A DNA stretch of 64,000 nucleotides from Escherichia coli (GTDB lineage: Bacteria > Pseudomonadota > Gammaproteobacteria > Enterobacterales > Enterobacteriaceae), in NCBI RefSeq assembly GCF_050920415.1, contig NZ_CP169309.1; one strand, given 5' to 3'. Below are positions 21,135 to 29,045 of the stretch, one piece after another. A model generated the notes under the pieces. The model was not told where the DNA came from. It saw only the letters and a list, made by a program, of their open reading frames with translations, and made no database searches. The position numbers and the translations under genes are program-made. Position 1 is the first letter of the stretch. Each line of letters begins with the position of its first letter.

Positions 21135-24100
21135 CTACCATGATCCGGTAATTCGCCCAATCTGGACGCGCAAAACCCCGTTACCGTCTTTTACCGAAAT
21201 AGTGGTATTAGTTAATTTCATCGCGCCCTCACCACTCACCGCGCCGTAGTTTTCGAATGTCCCGCCTTTATCCAGTTTCCATCCGGTACTGCCGGAAACA
21301 TAGTTATTTGACTGGATGTAAGAACCTATTTTCGCGTTGGTGATTGAGGCGTCTTTTATAAATGCTTCGCGAACATACATAGCGCCGTTTTCAACATAAA
21401 ATGGTGTCGTATATGTGCCGTTGGCGGCTGTCATTAATACGAAGCGGTCAACAAGAAAAATACATTGTGATTGCGTATTTGCGCCATCACCAGTTACCCC
21501 AAGCGATATTCCTGACGCGTATTTCATACCGTTGTTATCAGTAGCGATCTTGAGACTCCAAGTTGCCGACATATCACCATTAATATTGGTAATTGCTGTT
21601 TTGTTTTCCTCAATAAGCACTGATTGCCCATTAATTGATGCGGTTACTTCGCTAATTTGCTGCGCGGTTGCTTTTTCAAGCGTAACCATTGCTTGTTCAA
21701 GGTTTGTGACCTTCCCTTGAATATCATCACTTATTTTTGCTTCAAGCTCTGATAATGCTTTTGCTGTTGCCTCTTTTTCCGTTGCGACAACTTCATCTAT
21801 ACGCGTGATCTCTGCTTTTGATTGTTTCAACTGAGCGGAAAGTGTGCGTCTTGATGTTGTTTGAGCTACGGAATTATTAAGAAGCGCAATGGAAACGTTT
21901 TGCAAGCGGGCGCGAGTTTGTGTTAGTTCGCTATCCTGTTCCGAAAGCTCGACACCTATTTCGTCAATACGACTTTCATGAACCCCTAACCCCTCTTCGT
22001 TATTCTGGACGCGATTAATTAGATCTGATGTGGTATCCTTCAGATCGGTAACATCCCCTTTAAGTGTGCTCGTGTCACTAATCAACCCTTGAAATTGCTC
22101 GCTTTCCATGACTTCTTTCGTCACGAAATCTGTAATTTCGTCGAAGTCCTCCGTAGGCTTCCCGGATGCCTCAATAAAATCTGACACACCGAACGCGTTG
22201 CGGGTGCGAATGTACACATAATACATGTGGCCTGTGCTCATGCCGCCGAACGTCCATTGATAACCACGTCCGGTATACTGCGCTGACGTGGTTATGGTTG
22301 CCGGATCCGTAATCCTGTTTTCTCCGGCGTAATAAAATTCATATGCCGTATCAGTGGTGAGTGTTGTTTTGCTTATCGGGTAGACAGTAGCCTGAAATAC
22401 ACCAGGCACCCAATTTACACCGACAGGCGCGGATGGCGCTCCAATCACCAGATCGACGATGCTTTCTGCACCCTTCATGCCAGTGTCATTTCTGCCGCGA
22501 ACACCTAACGTGTATGAACCAGCATCAATGCCATAAAAATCATAACTGTATTTCGTGGTTTCATAGCTTTTAACCACCGCACCATCTGCATTGTATATGC
22601 GGATCTCGAATGTCATGCGATGAGTGGTAGTCTGTGTCTCCCACGTTGCGCGGCATTGAACTGTTTCCGATCCAATGTTTACTACCTTCAGATTTTCGAT
22701 GTTCGGCACACGGAAGTGATTAAGCGTGTCGCTGTTGATTTCGAAGATTGCGCCTTCATCGACTACGGCTTGTTTGTTAGGGTCGTGCTGCGCGGCTTCG
22801 ATAGTGTATACGCTGTTATTTTGTGTTTCTGCTACGCTGGTGATCCTACACAAAACTGGTTTTGCTGCGTTAGTTGATACAGCAAAAACAGTGCCATTTC
22901 GAATCCATGTTGGGGCCGCAGCAAGGGTGATATTGTTTCCGTTAACTCCGGTGATCTGGTGTTTTTTAAATTTGCCATCGCTATCAAGAAGGCTTATTGT
23001 GTCGCCAGCGGTCACATATTCAGAATCAACCTTATCTACAGTGATCACACGTCCATTGTTAGAGACAATACGACCGCCTAAGCGAGCGCCAGCACGGTTA
23101 TTGTCGAGTATCTCGATGATATCACCTGGCGTAAAGTGAATCGCGTCACGGGCCATTTTAAACGTGAATTTTGAAGGCTCGCGCTTCGCTGTTTCTATCA
23201 GCCATTTACCCGCCCGGTGCGCTTGCCCGCGTGATGTACACCCGAAAGCCTCCAGCGTGGTTTCGTTGTAGCCGTCACGGGCGATTAGTTCATCATCTGC
23301 GACATACTCTTTTGATTGTTCCCAGCCGTTTTCCGGATCAGTCCATGACACAATTACCGCGTTGTAGCATTCTGATCGCGCGATACTTGAACGGGTAAAT
23401 GCACCATCCACGACGTTTGCGTTAGTGATGGTTGCGATTGGGTCTTGTGGTGCATCAATCATTATAGTAAGGCGCTGACCATCCCATAACGCTATACCAC
23501 GGAACATCCCGGCGATGTTGTCCAGTAGGTCGCGGGCGCTCATTTGCTCTGTGATGTACGCGTTTAGCGTGACGCGCGGCTCTAAGCCACCATAGCCATC
23601 ATCAACCAACTGATCGCAGTATTGAGAGAGCGTATACAAAGCACCATCATCAACATCGATATAACCAGCCTGTCGAGCAAGGCCAAAACGCTCGTTTTTA
23701 ACCAAGTAGCGGAATATCCACGCCGGGTTATTTGTGTATGCCTTTTTAAGTCCGCCAAGCCATAAACCGGAATAATTTCGTTTTTCCGGGTCGTAGTTAT
23801 CCGGTACATCGACAATCAGCCCACGCAGATGATAAGTGCGTGTAGGTGTATCGGAGTACTGGTCATGGTCAATTACCGCGCCAGCTACAGCAGTGTGAGG
23901 ATAAGACAAGTTATCGTCGATGATTTCGCTATAACTGTTCCAGCGGGTATCGTTCTGTAATAGGTCGCTTACACTATCAGCCGTCACGCGGCGCACGCGA
24001 ATATCAAATGGCTTTTCATCCGGCGCATCAATGATATGAGACTCCAGATATTCACCGCTAATCTTACCCGGACCGATTTGTACGGCCTTAACCGCCGACC

Positions 24101-24554
24101 AGGTGGAAGACGAGGACGGTTTAACATCGATTGCCATAATGACAGACGTTTCTTTCTGGTTTGATTGGTTATCGCTTTCCACCAGTGAATCCACGCCAAT
24201 ATTTAGCCGGACGCGCGTCACGTTCGGATCTGATACCGTCCTGACCAGTGGCGTATCATGCTTTACCTGTGCGTTAACCATCACCGTTGATTCAATGGCG
24301 TTAAAGCCGTTGATCGGTGACTGGTCGGCAGTACCCGGACGCCAGGCGACACTAACGCCTGGAATGCTGGTATTACCTACCGCATCCGTAACAGGAGTGT
24401 CATTAAGCATTACGCAGTTTAACGGCGCGGCAGTATTGACAGGCCCATAAATCGGCCCTTCGCTCAATATATCAAGCACGCGATAAAACTGCTTATGGAA
24501 CAAGTTATCGTTTATTAATGTTGGTGTTTTTGCTTTACCACCGCCGCCGCCCAT
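21135..24554 (-). CDS. Tail tip host-specificity protein (lambda J family)
   Basis: 1139 aa (lambda J is 1132); follows I/K/L/M homologues in lambda order. Confidence 0.88.
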   Translation of the reverse strand: MGGGGGKAKTPTLINDNLFHKQFYRVLDILSEGPIYGPVNTAAPLNCVMLNDTPVTDAVGNTSIPGVSVAWRPGTADQSPINGFNAIESTVMVNAQVKHDTPLVRTVSDPNVTRVRLNIGVDSLVESDNQSNQKETSVIMAIDVKPSSSSTWSAVKAVQIGPGKISGEYLESHIIDAPDEKPFDIRVRRVTADSVSDLLQNDTRWNSYSEIIDDNLSYPHTAVAGAVIDHDQYSDTPTRTYHLRGLIVDVPDNYDPEKRNYSGLWLGGLKKAYTNNPAWIFRYLVKNERFGLARQAGYIDVDDGALYTLSQYCDQLVDDGYGGLEPRVTLNAYITEQMSARDLLDNIAGMFRGIALWDGQRLTIMIDAPQDPIATITNANVVDGAFTRSSIARSECYNAVIVSWTDPENGWEQSKEYVADDELIARDGYNETTLEAFGCTSRGQAHRAGKWLIETAKREPSKFTFKMARDAIHFTPGDIIEILDNNRAGARLGGRIVSNNGRVITVDKVDSEYVTAGDTISLLDSDGKFKKHQITGVNGNNITLAAAPTWIRNGTVFAVSTNAAKPVLCRITSVAETQNNSVYTIEAAQHDPNKQAVVDEGAIFEINSDTLNHFRVPNIENLKVVNIGSETVQCRATWETQTTTHRMTFEIRIYNADGAVVKSYETTKYSYDFYGIDAGSYTLGVRGRNDTGMKGAESIVDLVIGAPSAPVGVNWVPGVFQATVYPISKTTLTTDTAYEFYYAGENRITDPATITTSAQYTGRGYQWTFGGMSTGHMYYVYIRTRNAFGVSDFIEASGKPTEDFDEITDFVTKEVMESEQFQGLISDTSTLKGDVTDLKDTTSDLINRVQNNEEGLGVHESRIDEIGVELSEQDSELTQTRARLQNVSIALLNNSVAQTTSRRTLSAQLKQSKAEITRIDEVVATEKEATAKALSELEAKISDDIQGKVTNLEQAMVTLEKATAQQISEVTASINGQSVLIEENKTAITNINGDMSATWSLKIATDNNGMKYASGISLGVTGDGANTQSQCIFLVDRFVLMTAANGTYTTPFYVENGAMYVREAFIKDASITNAKIGSYIQSNNYVSGSTGWKLDKGGTFENYGAVSGEGAMKLTNTTISVKDGNGVLRVQIGRITGSW

Positions 24555-24566
24555 AATAACCCCCTA

Positions 24567-25097
24567 TTAACTTACAACGTCCAGCGCGTCTTTATTGTTG
24601 GTTGTATCAATACCCAGGGATCCAACATTCGAACCTATTTTCATTTCACCCAATAAAATTGGAACGGGACGGCCCTGGCCTACTCTGTTTTCTACACTGG
24701 TGTAACTGTTATTTGTGATGCTATTATCCTGCGCACTTTCCGCTGATGTTTTTACTTTCATGTTTCGGGCCATGAAAATAGAAAACGCGATGCTTGCAAC
24801 GGAAAGGCCGATTAACAGCCAGCCAACCACACCGATCCCTGCGATACCACCTTCTACCACTGGCGCAACAATAATTGTTGTTCCGTCAGGGTATTCACTA
24901 TTAACGGCAGCAGGTGCGGTTTTTTCGTCGTAATCTTTCCCGGCAATGCGTAAGCGTAATGGCGTACTTAAAAACGCTCGCTTAAATTCCTGATTCTGTG
25001 CGGTCAATAAGCGAAGCCCTTGCGCGGGCGTATTAACGTTTAAACACACTTTGCTGTAATATCTTCGAAGATTGCCCGTAAATCTAAATTTGAGCAT
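24567..25097 (-). CDS. Tail assembly protein (lambda I family)
   Basis: 176 aa; central hydrophobic segment and position between K and J as in lambda. Confidence 0.75.
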   Translation of the reverse strand: MLKFRFTGNLRRYYSKVCLNVNTPAQGLRLLTAQNQEFKRAFLSTPLRLRIAGKDYDEKTAPAAVNSEYPDGTTIIVAPVVEGGIAGIGVVGWLLIGLSVASIAFSIFMARNMKVKTSAESAQDNSITNNSYTSVENRVGQGRPVPILLGEMKIGSNVGSLGIDTTNNKDALDVVS

Positions 25098-25771
25098 TTG
25101 TCAGATCTCCATATTGAATGCGTTTGTCGAACATACGCTGGCCGCATTTGCTCGCGGCGGCTTAATAGTCCGGCATGGTCATGATGCAAAACCGTGTTAT
25201 CACCCAGGTAAAGCATTGCGTGACATGGATCCGCGCCTTTAAACGGCTGCCGGATGATCACGTCACCAGGCTGGATGTTTTGCGTGTCAATCTGAAAAAA
25301 ACCGTTTAGCGGCAAGTTTTTTAAATACAGGTTTTCACCGCGTAGCCACCACCCATCAAGGCGATCGAAGTCCGGCAGGTCTACGCCGCAAAGGTGATAG
25401 GCATCCCGAAAAAGCGTGTAACAATCAGTTGTCCCGTGTACAAATTTACGTCCTAGCAAGTGCGCCACCGGACGGAACTTCCTGATCTTGCCGCCTGAAT
25501 ATAAAAACCACGGCAGCCCGGAAATAACATGCTGTTGTCGATCCCGTGCCGACAATACCGGAATATCATCAACGTGGGAGTGAAAAACGGCGGTTATAAC
25601 GCCCAATTCGTCAGCTTTGATGTAATCGTCCGGCAAAATTTTAAAGCTGTTATGCGGCGTCTCAGACACGTTCACGCACGGGTAAAAATATTCATTGTCT
25701 ATCACCAGTCCGCAAACTTCCTCAAACGGATGTGCGGCGGCATAACGAAACATTTTGTCTTTCAGCGTCAT
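25040..25771 (-). CDS. Tail tip assembly protein (lambda K family; MPN plus NlpC/P60 domains)
   Basis: Track ORF 25040..25867; start set at MTLKDKMF (ATGA overlap with L stop); HSH..D MPN-like and TDCYTL...H NlpC/P60-like motifs. Confidence 0.8.
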   Translation of the reverse strand: MTLKDKMFRYAAAHPFEEVCGLVIDNEYFYPCVNVSETPHNSFKILPDDYIKADELGVITAVFHSHVDDIPVLSARDRQQHVISGLPWFLYSGGKIRKFRPVAHLLGRKFVHGTTDCYTLFRDAYHLCGVDLPDFDRLDGWWLRGENLYLKNLPLNGFFQIDTQNIQPGDVIIRQPFKGADPCHAMLYLGDNTVLHHDHAGLLSRREQMRPAYVRQTHSIWRSDKCSNLDLRAIFEDITAKCV

Positions 25772-25773
25772 AA

Positions 25774-26511
25774 TCAACCTACCTTGCTTGATCCTGGAAA
25801 ACATGAGATCGGCAATGGATTTGGACGCGGGAAACGCAAGCGACAACCGCTTAGGCGGTGGCTGCACCTGTCTAATGTTGGATCGTTTGTCGGCTCGTCT
25901 TTGTCTGTAGCAACTGGCCCGCCAGAGTACGCACAGCCATCACCTCTATACTGCCACTGGCAAACGTCAGCAAGAATGGTGCGGCCTGGGATCACCGCCT
26001 TATCTGCATCAATTGGCGTTGACAACTCATATTGCACCTGATCCGCTGTTTCTTCACTCATGGCCTCTATAACGTAAAAGGACACCGCCTCAATAGATGG
26101 ATCAGCGTCAGGATTGCCATTTGGGAAGTTAACAGCGTCAAGGTATTTCACTTCCACCTGGCGGCGCGTAACCTTCATGCCTCGAAGGTCGTTATAGTCG
26201 GTATTCATCCCGGTAATGAGTCCGCCAATGTTTGCTACAGCCATTTGAGGGCGAGAATAAACTCCTTCGTTTTTCATTTCGAAGCCAGTAGCCTCGATTG
26301 GATAGCTGTTATAAGCCACGCCCTTCCAGATGACCGGACCGTAATAACCATTCGCGCCGGAATGGAAGCGGACAACCTCGCCACCAAGGGGAGTAAGGTC
26401 CAATTCGAACAAGTCAATGATTGCGCCGACTCCCGCATCGACGGAATCAATAATCATCTCTGTAGGTATATTGCGCATTTTATCACCTTGTTGTTTTGTG
26501 ATCTGCATCAC
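25774..26511 (-). CDS. Minor tail protein (lambda L family)
   Basis: 245 aa; KYLDAVNFPNGNPDADP and CxWxYRGDGCxYSG regions closely resemble lambda gpL. Confidence 0.88.
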   Translation of the reverse strand: MMQITKQQGDKMRNIPTEMIIDSVDAGVGAIIDLFELDLTPLGGEVVRFHSGANGYYGPVIWKGVAYNSYPIEATGFEMKNEGVYSRPQMAVANIGGLITGMNTDYNDLRGMKVTRRQVEVKYLDAVNFPNGNPDADPSIEAVSFYVIEAMSEETADQVQYELSTPIDADKAVIPGRTILADVCQWQYRGDGCAYSGGPVATDKDEPTNDPTLDRCSHRLSGCRLRFPRPNPLPISCFPGSSKVG

Positions 26512-26617
26512 ACCGTGAATGCCAAAATGGATTGATAGCGTGATTTACAATATGTATATTTTACTCAAACGAACGGTAGTAAACAAAATGGCACAGTTTG
26601 GAACAGGATAGGACACT

Positions 26618-26776
26618 ATGAGATCCGCAAAATACGCAGAAAAAGTTTTCGTTGAAGTGAAAGGCGACATGAAAAAATTTATGGATGTTCTTATCAAAGA
26701 GATGGGAAAACCGTTCCATATAGCCGAACGTCAGTATTACGCTTGCAAGGCTAATAGCTACAACAGATACGCATGA
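26618..26776 (+). CDS. Moron small ORF (52 aa)
   Basis: My translation: MRSAKYAEKVFVEVKGDMKKFMDVLIKEMGKPFHIAERQYYACKANSYNRYA; AGGATAGG SD; ordinary composition, unlike the junk-like antisense track ORFs. Confidence 0.45.
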   Translation: MRSAKYAEKVFVEVKGDMKKFMDVLIKEMGKPFHIAERQYYACKANSYNRYA

Positions 26777-26798
26777 CAATAAACACAAAGGTAACACT

Positions 26799-26891
26799 AT
26801 GCAAAAATATCGTCTTGATGTGTGGATGGCTGGAAATAAAGATTGGGAAGGTTTCGGATTATTTGACAGCCGCGAACTGGCTAACGACTAA
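26799..26891 (+). CDS. Moron small ORF (30 aa), possibly the 5' piece of a longer ORF broken by in-frame TAA codons
   Basis: MQKYRLDVWMAGNKDWEGFGLFDSRELAND; same frame continues to 26934 and into 26964..27152. Confidence 0.3.
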   Translation: MQKYRLDVWMAGNKDWEGFGLFDSRELAND

Positions 26892-26972
26892 GGGGAAAAA
26901 CTTGTTAACTTCTTTGGACGGGCCAGGGAGTTTTAAGTAACCCCGGTACAGATAGAAAATAAGGTGGAAGAG

Positions 26973-27152
26973 ATGAAATACGATATTGATAACGACGCTT
27001 GCTTTAAACAAAACTTTGCGGATTCTATGGATCAGTCTTGCCCTGAAATACACGCACACGGTTTCCCGGCAGATAATCCAGACATGAAACGCGAATACGA
27101 AAAAGCGGCGAAAGATTTCTGCATCGACAATCTGGGCGCATTCGATAGATAA
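26973..27152 (+). CDS. Moron small ORF (59 aa, acidic, Cys-containing)
   Basis: Track ORF 26964..27152; ATG at 26973 preceded by AAGGTGG. Confidence 0.5.
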   Translation: MKYDIDNDACFKQNFADSMDQSCPEIHAHGFPADNPDMKREYEKAAKDFCIDNLGAFDR

Positions 27153-27161
27153 GGCGGCAAT

Positions 27162-27410
27162 ATGGCGAGGCGAAAACATAGCGATTATATGTACACGCTG
27201 AAGCAGGCCGCCCGCCTTATCGGTTATCATGAACACGAATTTATTGATTTGCTGATTGAGCGCGGGATTTTATACCAGGTCTGTTTAACGCTGTACCCGA
27301 AAGCGAAATACTTGCAGGAAAAGTTATTCATCATCATGACGGATGAAAACCAGGTTAATCACTCATTCGTCACTGCCAAAGGCGTTAATTATCTGCGCGA
27401 TAACTTATAG
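27162..27410 (+). CDS. KilA-C/ANT-domain-like protein (82 aa)
   Basis: YTLKQAARLIG...YPKAKYLQEKLF...VTAKGVNYLRDNL resembles the phage antirepressor KilAC domain pattern; AAGGCGG SD. Confidence 0.5.
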   Translation: MARRKHSDYMYTLKQAARLIGYHEHEFIDLLIERGILYQVCLTLYPKAKYLQEKLFIIMTDENQVNHSFVTAKGVNYLRDNL

Positions 27411-27420
27411 GTGACAGATT

Positions 27421-27537
27421 ATGAAAATAGAAGTTTTGGCGCTAATAGTAATGGGATTGATAGTATTTGGTGTTCATGCTGTAGATCTGGACTGGAAAAC
27501 GATAGCAGAAAATATAGCGTTAATGGAAATGGAATAA
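27421..27537 (+). CDS. 38-aa small membrane/secreted peptide
   Basis: MKIEVLALIVMGLIVFGVHAVDLDWKTIAENIALMEME; AGGTGA SD; last gene of the plus-strand cassette. Confidence 0.4.
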   Translation: MKIEVLALIVMGLIVFGVHAVDLDWKTIAENIALMEME

Positions 27538-27543
27538 TAATAA

Positions 27544-27560
27544 CCCCGCTTCGCGCGGGG
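27544..27560. terminator. Bidirectional hairpin closing the plus-strand cassette and the minus-strand gpM unit
   Basis: CCCCGCttcgcGCGGGG; the minus strand continues TTATTATTATT. Confidence 0.6.
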
Positions 27561-27566
27561 TCGTGT

Positions 27567-27752
27567 TTATACGCCATCAAGTAAAAATAAAACTTCCTTG
27601 CCTTCTCTTGATCTGCATCCTACATAACCGTCACCCATGTCATGAAGATACCAGGTCTCACCATTATCAGCTTTTACAGTAAGATCGTTGATTTCATAGT
27701 CGTCAAACAATGTAAAAGCGCCCGTGCGGTCCACTACACAAATAGCATACAT
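27567..27752 (-). CDS. Hypothetical protein (61 aa)
   Basis: Track ORF 27567..27785; start at MYAICVV preceded by GGAGGTG. Confidence 0.5.
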   Translation of the reverse strand: MYAICVVDRTGAFTLFDDYEINDLTVKADNGETWYLHDMGDGYVGCRSREGKEVLFLLDGV

Positions 27753-27765
27753 ATTGACACCTCCA

Positions 27766-28119
27766 TTAATTGACAACTTGCTCAAAAGTTGCGTTTAGCG
27801 TGTACAAAGACCCGTCTTTAGTCATGCTCCATCGGCGGCAAACAAAAAGCCTTTGCACGTTATCCATCGACGGCGACCAGTAAAAAGCCTCGACCGCGCC
27901 GCGCGCCCTCAAGAATGCTTCCGCCTGGATTGCTACGTTTTCACCATCACCACATCCGGCGCTACTGCCTTTAAATACCAGGGTGTAGCTATCAAGCAAT
28001 GGATTGATACCTTTTACCTGTCTTTGCTCATAACCATCGCCCAGCTTAACAACGGATACGTCCGGCTCCCTGGTCACGCTGTAGCTTCGTTGTGGCGTCC
28101 ATCTGAACACTTCCGGCAT
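27766..28119 (-). CDS. Minor tail protein (lambda M family)
   Basis: 117 aa; FRW...KLGDGYEQR...FEQVVN parallels lambda gpM, including the identical C-terminal FEQVVN. Confidence 0.88.
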   Translation of the reverse strand: MPEVFRWTPQRSYSVTREPDVSVVKLGDGYEQRQVKGINPLLDSYTLVFKGSSAGCGDGENVAIQAEAFLRARGAVEAFYWSPSMDNVQRLFVCRRWSMTKDGSLYTLNATFEQVVN

Positions 28120-28308
28120 AAAACCCCCATAAGTTACATTTTGTATATATCTTTACGCGCTTCTACGCGAAAAATAAGATCTTCATCACAATGATTATAG
28201 CTAGTTTACAAAATGGCTTCACATAGCACACAACAAGATGTATATAAAAAGCAAGAAGAAAAGCAGTACCAACGAAGGAGGCCCAAAAATGAAACGCTAT
28301 GAGTAGTA

Positions 28309-28443
28309 ATGCTAAACAACGCATTCGAACAAGTGGAAATAGCAATCGTTAAGGGTTTCGACGACGCATTTAAATACGGTCAATTCATGATTAATGCAAA
28401 AGAAGATGAATACCGTGATTTCTTCCTGAAGGCTCTTAATTAA
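28309..28443 (+). CDS. Moron small ORF (44 aa; possible antitoxin-like partner)
   Basis: MLNNAFEQVEIAIVKGFDDAFKYGQFMINAKEDEYRDFFLKALN; preceded by a 5-codon mini-ORF (28289..28306) with AAGGAGG SD and a TAGTAATG stop-start arrangement. Confidence 0.35.
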   Translation: MLNNAFEQVEIAIVKGFDDAFKYGQFMINAKEDEYRDFFLKALN

Positions 28444-28462
28444 GAATAATCGGGGGTGAGCT

Positions 28463-28717
28463 ATGAAACTGGTAGCGATTGACAAAAACCTGAAAGTACA
28501 GAAAAACGCACAGGACCGGATTATCAAGAAAGGTAAGGAACTGCTTAAAGCATTTTTGAAGAAAGAGGCGCGCCCCAAAAAGTTACGCGATGGTTATGGC
28601 TTTAAATTCGATATCAATCATGACTGGCGGCTGTTCAGCGAAGACCTCAAAGTCTGGTTAATAATCGATCACCTGGAATATAACAGGCACTGCGGGGTTA
28701 AAGGGGCGCATAAGTGA
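28463..28717 (+). CDS. Moron ORF (84 aa), weak RelE/ParE-like C-terminal pattern
   Basis: Track ORF; GGGGGTGAG SD; KLRDGYGFKFDINHDWRLFSEDLKVWLIIDHLEYNRH loosely resembles the RelE/ParE toxin core. Confidence 0.5.
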   Translation: MKLVAIDKNLKVQKNAQDRIIKKGKELLKAFLKKEARPKKLRDGYGFKFDINHDWRLFSEDLKVWLIIDHLEYNRHCGVKGAHK

Positions 28718-28725
28718 GGCGGGAT

Positions 28726-28818
28726 ATGGAGGACGATAAATTCACCTGGCGGGAGATCTGGAATATTTGGTTGGTGATGTTTTCTCGCAGCTATATAGCC
28801 AGAAACGGAAGATTGTAA
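28726..28818 (+). CDS. Moron small ORF (30 aa, Trp-rich)
   Basis: MEDDKFTWREIWNIWLVMFSRSYIARNGRL; GAGG SD. Confidence 0.3.
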   Translation: MEDDKFTWREIWNIWLVMFSRSYIARNGRL

Positions 28819-28836
28819 TTTGCGGAGGAAAATAAA

Positions 28837-29013
28837 ATGAAAAACCCGGCAAATAAAAGCAATGTAAAACGTATAGCCTGGATCGTGAAATGGATGGATA
28901 GTAAAGGAGACACATATACTGAACCATTTTTCAAACATACTGATGCAGTATTTGCAAGAAGCGTAAGAGGCGGGAAAATTGAAAGAGGATATACAAGTTT
29001 TGAGAATAACTAA
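28837..29013 (+). CDS. Moron small ORF (58 aa)
   Basis: MKNPANKSNVKRIAWIVKWMDSKGDTYTEPFFKHTDAVFARSVRGGKIERGYTSFENN; GGAGG SD; followed by a terminator. Confidence 0.45.
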   Translation: MKNPANKSNVKRIAWIVKWMDSKGDTYTEPFFKHTDAVFARSVRGGKIERGYTSFENN

Positions 29014-29020
29014 AATATAA

Positions 29021-29044
29021 CCCCGGCATTGTACCGGGGTTTTG
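29021..29044. terminator. Hairpin terminator shared by the plus-strand cassette and the tape measure gene
   Basis: CCCCGGcattgtaCCGGGG followed by TTTTG on the plus strand. Confidence 0.7.
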
Positions 29045-29045
29045 T

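Noticed and set aside
26561-28938. Minus-strand track ORFs 26561..26797, 26859..27236, 28163..28345, 28312..28578, 28669..28938 and 28742..28927 as possible tail-module genes
   Set aside because: Their composition is junk-like (Phe/Ile/Arg/His-rich) with no SDs. The opposite strand carries SD-preceded, well-composed small ORFs ending at terminators, so I annotated the plus strand instead.
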